From: Planctomyces sp.
GTDB taxonomy: Bacteria > Planctomycetota > Planctomycetia > Planctomycetales > Planctomycetaceae
DNA length: 32,000 nucleotides
Direction of reading: 5' to 3'
Assembly: GCA_046345315.1 (NCBI GenBank)
Contig: JBKDKA010000111.1
Coordinates: 2,062 to 34,061 of the forward strand
Shown piece by piece: positions 1 to 7,638 of the stretch (position 1 is its first letter; each line of letters begins with the position of its first letter). A program made the position numbers and the translations under genes. The notes beneath the pieces are model-generated. The model made no database searches. It saw nothing but the letters and a program-made list of their open reading frames with translations, and was not told where the DNA came from.

Positions 1-851
1 TCCCCAGTGCACATCTCCGCTGATGAATACGACACCCGCCGCACGCGTTGATCGGATCAGGTCGACCATCCGCATCAGTTCACGAGGGAAGTTCGTCCAG
101 GACTCCCACCCGTTGTACTCGTGCGAAAACTGAATGCTGCTGCCAATGATGCGAAGATCAGCCGGCTCTTTAAGTCGTTCTTCCAGCCATTTCCACTGAA
201 CGTCCCCGAGGATTGTTTTCTCCGGATCGGTGTCCGGCAGGTAGTCGTTCTTCCAGGAACTGAACGGATTCTCGAGCGGTGGGTCACGGAAAGTTCGTGT
301 ATCCAGCAGAATGATCTGCAGCGACTTCCCTGCCGTTTTGTCCTCGAATCGATAACTCGTGTAGATGCCTTCGTGGTCACGGCGAGAACTCGGATCAGGT
401 TCGTTCCAGAACCGCAGAAAGATGTCCCGGGATTCCTTTCGGAACGGATAATCCTTCCCGGCGTCGTTGCTGCCGTAGTCGTGATCATCCCAGGTTGCGA
501 TCGTCGGAACGGCGGACCGCAGCATTCGGAATTCCTTTTTCGCCCCCATTTGAGCGTATCGAGCTTCGAGCACCTTCATATCATCGGTGTCACCGTAGAT
601 ATTGTCACCCAGATAAATGAAGAGCTGCGGTTCCCATTCGAGAACAGTCCGAAGGATGGGTAGTGGTTCGTTCTGACTCTGGCAGGATCCGAATGCAATC
701 CGCGAAATCAGCGGATGCACAGCGGGAACAGGCGTTGGTGGGATCTTTGGTTCCAGTGCCTCAGATTCAGCAGCGAAGCCGACATCGATATTGATCGCTG
801 CCAGAATCAGGAATAGACACAGGTTTGATAAGAACTGTCGCATTGACATCT
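1..851 (-). CDS. PhoD-like / alkaline phosphatase D family metallophosphatase, C-terminus cut by window edge
   Basis: Minus-strand reading from ATG at 851 (alternative ATG at 845) gives a signal-peptide-like N-terminus, then RIAFGSCQSQNEPLP, LFIYLGDNIYGD, TIATWDDHDYGSNDAG and VVFISGDVHWG, the metal-binding motifs of PhoD-like phosphatases. Open to the window start. Confidence 0.85.
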
Positions 852-889
852 CCGATTGGTGAGCCGGCTCAACCTGCCGGTCTGACGTG

Positions 890-1375
890 TCAGTGCCGTC
901 GGATGTCTCTCATTTCACGACGGTCAGCCTGCTCTTTCATTCGTTCTCGCTTGTCGTGCGTTTTGCGACCGCGACAAAGCCCGAGCTTTACTTTGACTCG
1001 GCCACCGGCAAAGAACACCGCCAGCGGCACCAGCGTGAGCCCATCGTGTTCCGCGGTTTCTGCAAACTTTCTGATCTCCCGCCGGTTCAGAAGCAGCTTT
1101 CGTTTTCTTCGGCGCTCGTGATTGAAGACGGTTGCCTGAGGATACTCCGCGATGTCTGACCCGACGAGCCAGACTTCACCGTCGTCGACGCGAGCGTACG
1201 CTTCATCGATAGAAATCTTGTTGTTACGAACACTCTTCACTTCGCTGCCGACGAGAACGATTCCACATTCAAGCTCATCCATCACGTCGTATTCGTGACG
1301 TGCTTTCCGATTGGAGCACACAACGCGTTCGTTGGGATCGTCTTTGCCAGTATTTTTTCGCCCGGGAGATGCCAT
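890..1375 (-). CDS. smpB: SsrA-binding protein SmpB
   Basis: The ORF (890..1447) contains VVCSNRKARHEYDVMDELECGIVLVGSEVKSVRNNKISIDEAYARV and a C-terminal KVKLGLCRGRKTHDKRERMKEQADRREMRD, characteristic of SmpB. Internal ATG at 1375 (MASPGRKNTGK) is the likely start. Confidence 0.95.
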   Translation of the reverse strand: MASPGRKNTGKDDPNERVVCSNRKARHEYDVMDELECGIVLVGSEVKSVRNNKISIDEAYARVDDGEVWLVGSDIAEYPQATVFNHERRRKRKLLLNRREIRKFAETAEHDGLTLVPLAVFFAGGRVKVKLGLCRGRKTHDKRERMKEQADRREMRDIRRH

Positions 1376-1401
1376 GAGATTGTGCTGGTTTCCTGAACCG
1401 G

Positions 1402-2544
1402 TCAGCTTCTGCGAACGAGTTTGGTAATTCGGCCAGTCTTGACCCACTCGGCAACATAGATGTTCCCTTCGGAGTCAAAGACAGCGTCATGTGGATGAAT
1501 GAAACGACCAGGCTGCCAATCTTCCGGCTTTGCCCGCATCGCAAAGTTGTCTGCAAGAACCTTCGCACGCCACTCTTCGTCATCACCCAGCTGCGCGACA
1601 ACTTCGTTTTTCTCGTTGAGAATAGTGATTCGAGCATGCAGGTCCGGCACTAGCATCAGTTTTCCCTGAATGTCAATGTCGGCCGGGAAGAGGAATCCGT
1701 CCATCGTCTTCAGCCAGCTTCCGTCCATGCCAAACCACTGCAGCCGCTTGTTGGCTCGATCAGCAACGACCAGCTTTGGAGTGCCGTCACGGTCATCCAG
1801 CCATTGTCCGTGAGGCGTACTGAACTTTCCGTTCTCCGATCCCTGTCCGCCGATCACGCGTACGAATCGGTCATCGCGATCGTACTCAAAAATGATATGG
1901 CTTCCGTATCCGTCACCGAGATAGTAACCACCATCTGGTCGGAAGCTTGTATTCGTCGGGCGGAATCCCGTCTTCGGGTCTTCAAGAGCTCCACCACTTT
2001 CCTGATTGATGGCTGCCCGGTCTTTCTTCCAGACCAGCTCACCTTTCAGATCCATCTTCGCGAAGAACATGGATGTGTCACTGGGGGAGAGATAAATGAA
2101 TTCCTGCGAACCTTCTTTTCGAATGTCAATCCCATGGCCTTTGGAAGTCCCCGGGTTGTGAAACTCACCGAGCGAGCGAACAAATTTGCCTGTGGGGTCA
2201 AAGACGAAGACGGAATCCGGATTTCCCTGATGAGTGATGTAGATCAGTCCCTGCTGATCAATGGCAACACCGTGAGCCGCATTGCCATACTCGTGACCGG
2301 CCGGAAGTCCGGCACGATCCCAGTTGTGGATGCACTCGTAGACGTATTCGCCACTGCCAACGGTGGGGAGTTTGCCGGAACCCTCGGCCATGGTGTAGCC
2401 TCTCGCTGGGGATATAAACGTTGGAGCCAGAGCACTGGCCGCCGCAAGGGTGGATGTCTTCAGAAAACCTCGTCGAGAGGCTTCCGATGGAACAACCTTT
2501 CCTGAACCGGAATCGCTTTTGAATTCAGAATCGGAAGTCGCCAT
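1402..2544 (-). CDS. TAT-exported NHL-repeat / 6-bladed beta-propeller protein (peptidyl-alpha-amidating-lyase-like)
   Basis: N-terminal twin-arginine motif SRRGFLKTSTLAAASALAPTF; repeated propeller segments GSGEYVYECIHNW, GVAIDQQGLIYITHQGNPDSVFVFDPTGKFVRSLG and DAVFDSEGNIYVAEWVKTGRITKLVR. Confidence 0.8.
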   Translation of the reverse strand: MATSDSEFKSDSGSGKVVPSEASRRGFLKTSTLAAASALAPTFISPARGYTMAEGSGKLPTVGSGEYVYECIHNWDRAGLPAGHEYGNAAHGVAIDQQGLIYITHQGNPDSVFVFDPTGKFVRSLGEFHNPGTSKGHGIDIRKEGSQEFIYLSPSDTSMFFAKMDLKGELVWKKDRAAINQESGGALEDPKTGFRPTNTSFRPDGGYYLGDGYGSHIIFEYDRDDRFVRVIGGQGSENGKFSTPHGQWLDDRDGTPKLVVADRANKRLQWFGMDGSWLKTMDGFLFPADIDIQGKLMLVPDLHARITILNEKNEVVAQLGDDEEWRAKVLADNFAMRAKPEDWQPGRFIHPHDAVFDSEGNIYVAEWVKTGRITKLVRRS

Positions 2545-2840
2545 GACTTTCCTCCGCAGAATGGAAGCAGAGCAGAACGCCCGATGATAGTCAGATGTCC
2601 GACTTTCGAGCGACGCTATTCTGACAGCATCGCATTGGCTCGTCTATCGTCAGACCGGTCTCTGGTGTCAGTCGGAGAATGCTCCGCAGGCGGAGCTTCA
2701 GGAGCGTCCCGACTTCAATCCCGGAGCATCACCTTTTCATCGGGAGCTTGTGATGCAGAATGAAATGCCGGCTGGAGTCACTTCAGGGCGTGGTATCTCG
2801 AATTCAGTGATCCGCCTTCCCCGCACGGGCGGAATCATTA

Positions 2841-3182
2841 CTGACAGCTACCGTCGACCTTGCGTCAGCGGAGGTTATAAGTGACAGCTACCGTCGGCCT
2901 CGTGCCGGCGGAGGCGATAACTGACTGCTACCCACACAACGAAGACGCCGCTCCTGGGTCTCCGTCTGGCTCATCCAGGCGGAACCAGCGATCCGGGCTC
3001 ATCCCCCACATCACGCTCTCAACTCGCCGCTCCCGCCCGGATAAACCGGACGGAGAGCTGACCAATGAGTCAATCCGGTGTCGCTGGCCCCTGCCCTTGT
3101 CCATAGCGGGTTCCGCCTGGACGAGCCAGACGTTAGCCGTAGCTCTCAATTATGGCCTCCGCCGACGCAAGGTCGACGGTAG
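2841..3182. repeat. Structured intergenic element: 40-bp tandem duplication plus two nested near-perfect inverted repeat pairs
   Basis: Direct repeats 2841-2880 and 2881-2920 (32/40 identical). Inverted pair 2848-2874 vs 3156-3182 (26/27). Inner inverted pair 2964-2986 (GTCTGGCTCATCCAGGCGGAACC) vs 3109-3131 (22/23). Confidence 0.75.
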
Positions 3183-3205
3183 CCGGAGGCAGTCGTGCTG
3201 CAGGT

Positions 3206-3300
3206 GGTTTCAAGTCCGGGACTGGTTCCCGATCGAAGAGGTGTTTTCCTGCAAAGTCGGCAACAGCAAGGATACCTGTTCCGATTTCGAATTGCGCTCT
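3206..3300 (+). repeat. 95-bp dispersed intergenic repeat, copy 1
   Basis: GGTTTCAAGTCCGGGACTGGTTCCCG...TTCGAATTGCGCTCT aligns without gaps to 18099-18193, about 74/95 identities by hand count. Confidence 0.8.
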
Positions 3301-4801
3301 ATGTCAGAATCTCCGTCACGACGCGGCCGAAGACATCCGTCAGTCGATAATCTCGCCCTGCGTGGCGATACGTCAACTGCGTGTGATTGATTCCCAGCAA
3401 GTGAAGCATTGTTGCATGAAGATCGTGCAGATGCACTTTGCCGTCGATGGCTCGAAACCCGAAGTCATCGGTGCTTCCCCAGGTCAGACCGGCGCGAACA
3501 CCGGCTCCCGCCATCCAGGCACAGTAACCTTCCGGCTGATGTTCTCGCCCATGAGTTTCAATTGGAGATGTTCCCGAAAGATCCTGACTCCATGACGTTC
3601 GTCCGAACTCACCGGACCAGACGACCAACGTATCTTCGAGCATCCCTCGCAGCTTAAGATCTTTGAGCAGTGCGGCAACGGGCTGATCGCTGCCCGCACA
3701 GCTTCCCGGCATCGCCTCACGGATGTTGCCATGATGATCCCATCCACCGATTGTCACCTGCACGAAACGGACACCCGCCTCACTCATTCGTCTCGCCAGC
3801 AGGCAGGCACGGGCGTTCTTATCAGTCTTCGGATTGCCGACTCCGTAGAGATCCTGAATCGATTTCGGTTCCTTTGAGAGATCGATCAGCGCCGGAGTTT
3901 CGGCCTGCATGCGAAATGCCAGTTCGAAAGATTCCATCATCCCGTCCATCTGGGCGTCCGATGCAACTCTCCGGTTCAATCGATGGTTCATCTTCTGGAT
4001 CAGGTCGAGGCGGCGGCGCTGAATGGCCGGTGGAGTCTCAGCATCTTCCAGGTAGCGAATTGCGGAATCACGAGCACTGCTGGTGATGCTGACCGGTGTT
4101 CCCTGATGCTGAGCCGGAAGAAATCCCGGTCCGTACGTTCGCACATCAGAATCCGGCTGGATGGTCAGAAACCCCGGAAGATTCTGATTTTCCGATCCCA
4201 GCCCGTAACTGAACCATGCTCCCATTGACGGTCGGACATCTATCGATGCTCCCGTATGAAGCTGAAGAGTCGCCGGTGCATGAGCTTCACTGTCGGTATG
4301 CATTCCTCGGAGCAGACAGATGTCATCGGCAACGGTCGACAGATGCGGCAGCAGGTCAGACATCAGCATTCCGCACTGACCGCGTGGCCGAATCGGAGCC
4401 ACGGACTTCAGTGCAAGATACCGATCAACTCCCACGGAAAGCTTGTGCTCATTCGCTCCCGGAGAAATCTTCTGACCATGCATTTTCGTGATGTACGGTT
4501 TAGGGTCAAAGAGATCCGGCTGAGATGGCCCCCCCTGAAGAAAGAGAAAGATCACTCGGCGAGCTCGCGGTGGAAACTGCGCGGACGGGTGACCATCAGA
4601 CGAAGCAACGCGACTCGACGACGCAGCCTCCGCCTGATCCTGAAGGAGCCCGCGAAATGCAAGACTTCCAAACCCGCAGGCGGCCGTCTGAAGAAGTGTT
4701 CGCCGTCCCGGGAATCTCGGTCCTGATGGATTCTGTGCCGTCATGGAGTTGCTATCCAGATGAGTACCCAAAGAAATGTCGGAAGTCGTCCGTTGATTCA
4801 T
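3299..4801 (-). CDS. DUF1501 domain protein (sulfatase-like fold)
   Basis: FLFLQGGPSQPDLFDPKPYI, RPSMGAWFSYGLGSEN, DTLVVWSGEFGRTSW, GREHQPEGYCAWMAGAGVRAGLTWGSTDDFG, KVHLHDLHATMLHLLGINHTQLTYRHAGRDYRLTDVFGRVVTEIL. Confidence 0.9.
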   Translation of the reverse strand: MNQRTTSDISLGTHLDSNSMTAQNPSGPRFPGRRTLLQTAACGFGSLAFRGLLQDQAEAASSSRVASSDGHPSAQFPPRARRVIFLFLQGGPSQPDLFDPKPYITKMHGQKISPGANEHKLSVGVDRYLALKSVAPIRPRGQCGMLMSDLLPHLSTVADDICLLRGMHTDSEAHAPATLQLHTGASIDVRPSMGAWFSYGLGSENQNLPGFLTIQPDSDVRTYGPGFLPAQHQGTPVSITSSARDSAIRYLEDAETPPAIQRRRLDLIQKMNHRLNRRVASDAQMDGMMESFELAFRMQAETPALIDLSKEPKSIQDLYGVGNPKTDKNARACLLARRMSEAGVRFVQVTIGGWDHHGNIREAMPGSCAGSDQPVAALLKDLKLRGMLEDTLVVWSGEFGRTSWSQDLSGTSPIETHGREHQPEGYCAWMAGAGVRAGLTWGSTDDFGFRAIDGKVHLHDLHATMLHLLGINHTQLTYRHAGRDYRLTDVFGRVVTEILT

Positions 4802-4824
4802 GATCGTTACATCTGCACCAGAAA

Positions 4825-7512
4825 CTACATCCGCATCAAAAACTCATTCGACGCCAGCAGGGCGTGACAGAGTTCTTCCCATGATTTCATTCTGAACGTT
4901 TCCGGAGAAACGGCCTTCCGGGCTTCTCCACCACTGGAATCGCTGGGGGGCGCACCTTTGCCGGTTGATGCTGTACTGTCACCGGACTCCGACGATTGGC
5001 TTGTAGTCTCACGCAGTGCGACGGTTGATTCATCAAGAAAGAGTCGCGCGTCATCGCGGTCTTCCTGAGTCATCGGCCGATTCAGCGTCAACATCCAGAG
5101 TCTGTTCAGACGAGCGTCATCATCCGCAAGACTCGTATCCTCCAGAATGCGATTCGCGAGATGCCCGGCGAGCTCGTTCATTATCTGACTGTTCATGAGA
5201 AAGAGCGACTGCGTCGGTACCGCCGTCACAGTTCGCCTGCCGGAAAATTCCGCAGGCTGCGTGAAGTCGAAAACGTTTCGAATTTCAGCCGGCCCTCCCT
5301 GTGGTCCCGACCGAATGACAGGCAGATAAACAGTGCGAACATACGACTGCTCCGGCCGGAACTTCGCCAGACGAAAACTCGGCGGATTGACGTCGCCTTT
5401 AGCGAGGCCCCCGGTGTTCTCAGGATACTCCAGCGGAAGCGAAGTTCCTCCGCTCAGAGTCATCAGACGACCTGAAGCGAACAGCATCGAGTCACGAATG
5501 GCTTCCGCATCAAGCCGCCAGCGGTTCATCCGGCTCAGGAATCGATTGTCAGGATCAACGGAATCCGAGGATTCATCTGAAGATGTCGCAGGCCGGCTGC
5601 TGAGACGATATGTGCGACTCAGCACGAGATGCCGAATCAGTCGTTTCTGGGACCATCCATCGTTGACAAAACGACGAGCCAGAAAATCAAGCAGTTCCGG
5701 GTGGGATGGCTGATCGCCGCGAGTTCCCCAGTAATCGAGCGAACGAACAAGGCCTTCCCCGAAGAGCTTCTGCCAGATTCGATTCACGAGCACCCGCGGC
5801 GTCAGAGGATTTTCCGAACTGACGATCCAGTCCGCCAGTTCCCGTCGCCCACTCCGGCCGGCAGGAATCTCCAGCTTCGGAGCACCAGCCCTGATGAGCA
5901 CTGTTGGAAGCCCACGCGACACGGGATCACCCAGTGAGTGAGCATTTCCACGGATGGTGATTCTCATGTCTTCGGGAGTCGGAATGTCTCGAACCGCGAA
6001 GACTTCCGGACGTTCGGGGAGAAAGAATTCCCCATGCAGGATATCCCGGTCCAGCTTCTTCAGCTGTTCACTCAGTTCCCGCAGTCGCTGCTCTCGCTGT
6101 TCCTTCGTGAGTGCCGAGCCGGTCGGAGCTGAAGCGGTGGGTGCCGAACCCGTGGGTGCTGAACCAGCCGGATTCTCAGGCAGTGTCGGTGGATCAGCCT
6201 GCTGTTCCAGTTCGACCTTCTCCTTCTTTCGAGCTTCCCTTTCCGTCTTCAATGCGTCCACACGCGACTGCATATCGCTTCGAGTGGTCTGTCGAGCCGC
6301 GATCTGCTCAGCCGTTTCCGGCAGTTCAGCCATCGCAGGCCAGCTCCAGACACCCCACTCGGCCAGCGTCACTGATTCTGTGGAATAGAACATTCCCGCA
6401 AGGGCGTAATAGTCGTCTCGGGAAATCGGATCAAACTTGTGATCATGACATCGAGCACACGAAAGCGACATTGCAAGGAGCGACTTTCCCAGCTTGTCTA
6501 TCTGCTGGTCAATGACATCGACTCGCAGCTTTGCCTTGTCAGCTTCCACAACCTGCAAGTCACCCAGCAGCAGATATCCTGTTGCCACGAGCTGATCCGC
6601 ACGCTGTTCCGGCAAGGTACTCTCGAGAAGATCTCCGGCTATCTGTTCGCGAATCAGCTGGTCGAAGGGACGGTCTTCGTGAAATGCTCGAATGATGTAA
6701 TCGCGGTATCGCCAGGCATGTTCAGCAAAGATGTTATTCGCTGTTCCGATCTGGTCGGCATAGCCGACAAGGTCCAGCCAGTGTCTTGCCCACCGTTCAC
6801 CAAAGTGGACAGAATCAAGAAGTCGATCGACAACGTGCTCATGGGCCGCGTCACTCTCGTCATTCAGAAACGCCTGCATGTCCTCAGGAGTCGGCGGGAG
6901 CCCGGTGAGATCCAGCGTCACGCGGCGCAGCCAGACGGAGCGATCCGCATCAGAAACAGGAGTCAGTTGATTCTCCTCCAGTTTCGCGAGGATGAATCGG
7001 TCGGTTTCGTTGATCGGCCAGTCGGACAGCTTCAGCATCTGTGGCGGATGTGGATCCTGCAGAGGCTGGAAGGCCCAGTGCTTCCGACCTGTTTCGAAAT
7101 CGATGGTCTTCTGCTCCGGAATCGATGCGGCCACTCGCGGATCATAAGCACCGCTCTTCACCCATCGCACAAGTACGGCGATCTCCTCATCAGGGAGCCT
7201 GCCGGTTGGAGGCATCATCAGGCCGTCATACTGAACAGCCTTCACCAGCGGACTGTTTTCAAGATCTCCCGGCACGATCGCAGGCCCGGAATCGCCACCG
7301 GTCTTCCAGGCTTCGCGCGAATCCAGCATCAGCCCGCCCTTGGCCTGCCCTCCTGAATGGCTGTGGCATTCGTAACAGCGCTGCTGAAGAATCGGCAGTA
7401 CCTGATCCTTAAAGAATCGTTCTTGCTCGTCCGAGTCACTGGCAGAACAACAGGAACCTGCAACAGGACACAGCAGGATCGTCAGCAGCAGTATCAATCG
7501 AACATCGTTCAT
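4825..7512 (-). CDS. PSCyt1 / PSCyt2 (DUF1549) / PSD1 (DUF1553) domain protein, planctomycete-type cytochrome-like protein
   Basis: Signal peptide MNDVRLILLLTILLCPVAGSC; haem motif CYECH (VLPILQQRCYECHSHSGGQAKGGLMLDSRE); NETDRFILAKLEENQLTP; CARCHDHKFDPISRDDYYALAGMF; LVNRIWQKLFGEGLVRSLDYWGTRGDQPSHPELLD; SRMNRWRLDAEAIRDSML. ORF opens to 7638 but the signal-peptide start at 7512 is preferred. Confidence 0.9.
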   Translation of the reverse strand: MNDVRLILLLTILLCPVAGSCCSASDSDEQERFFKDQVLPILQQRCYECHSHSGGQAKGGLMLDSREAWKTGGDSGPAIVPGDLENSPLVKAVQYDGLMMPPTGRLPDEEIAVLVRWVKSGAYDPRVAASIPEQKTIDFETGRKHWAFQPLQDPHPPQMLKLSDWPINETDRFILAKLEENQLTPVSDADRSVWLRRVTLDLTGLPPTPEDMQAFLNDESDAAHEHVVDRLLDSVHFGERWARHWLDLVGYADQIGTANNIFAEHAWRYRDYIIRAFHEDRPFDQLIREQIAGDLLESTLPEQRADQLVATGYLLLGDLQVVEADKAKLRVDVIDQQIDKLGKSLLAMSLSCARCHDHKFDPISRDDYYALAGMFYSTESVTLAEWGVWSWPAMAELPETAEQIAARQTTRSDMQSRVDALKTEREARKKEKVELEQQADPPTLPENPAGSAPTGSAPTASAPTGSALTKEQREQRLRELSEQLKKLDRDILHGEFFLPERPEVFAVRDIPTPEDMRITIRGNAHSLGDPVSRGLPTVLIRAGAPKLEIPAGRSGRRELADWIVSSENPLTPRVLVNRIWQKLFGEGLVRSLDYWGTRGDQPSHPELLDFLARRFVNDGWSQKRLIRHLVLSRTYRLSSRPATSSDESSDSVDPDNRFLSRMNRWRLDAEAIRDSMLFASGRLMTLSGGTSLPLEYPENTGGLAKGDVNPPSFRLAKFRPEQSYVRTVYLPVIRSGPQGGPAEIRNVFDFTQPAEFSGRRTVTAVPTQSLFLMNSQIMNELAGHLANRILEDTSLADDDARLNRLWMLTLNRPMTQEDRDDARLFLDESTVALRETTSQSSESGDSTASTGKGAPPSDSSGGEARKAVSPETFRMKSWEELCHALLASNEFLMRM

Positions 7513-7638
7513 CCAGGTGCACTCCCGACATCTGGTCGGCCAGCAGGAATTCGTGGACTGTTGCATCTGACAACAGGATAAGGAAAAACATCTCCATTCG
7601 GAAACGATTTCCCTGCTGAATCGTAATGCCAGGCACAC

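Noticed and set aside
121-663. 180-aa plus-strand ORF and similar overlapping ORF at 75..488
   Set aside because: Antisense to the PhoD-like gene, whose minus-strand frame has clear metal-binding motifs. Compositionally a shadow ORF.
1804-2505. 233-aa plus-strand ORF
   Set aside because: Fully antisense to the TAT/NHL propeller gene; no family motifs.
2681-2696. Small palindrome GCTCCGCAGGCGGAGC
   Set aside because: Only 6-7 bp arms without a U-tract; common by chance in GC-rich DNA.
2881-3390. 169-aa plus-strand ORF (also 2928..3149 and 3152..3595)
   Set aside because: Composed of the tandem/inverted repeat element and repeat copy 1, then antisense DUF1501 sequence; not a plausible protein.
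6439-7356. 305-aa plus-strand ORF (and 8029..8568, 12579..13370, 13093..13836)
   Set aside because: Shadow ORFs opposite well-supported minus-strand genes; low-complexity/irregular composition typical of antisense reading of GC-rich genes.
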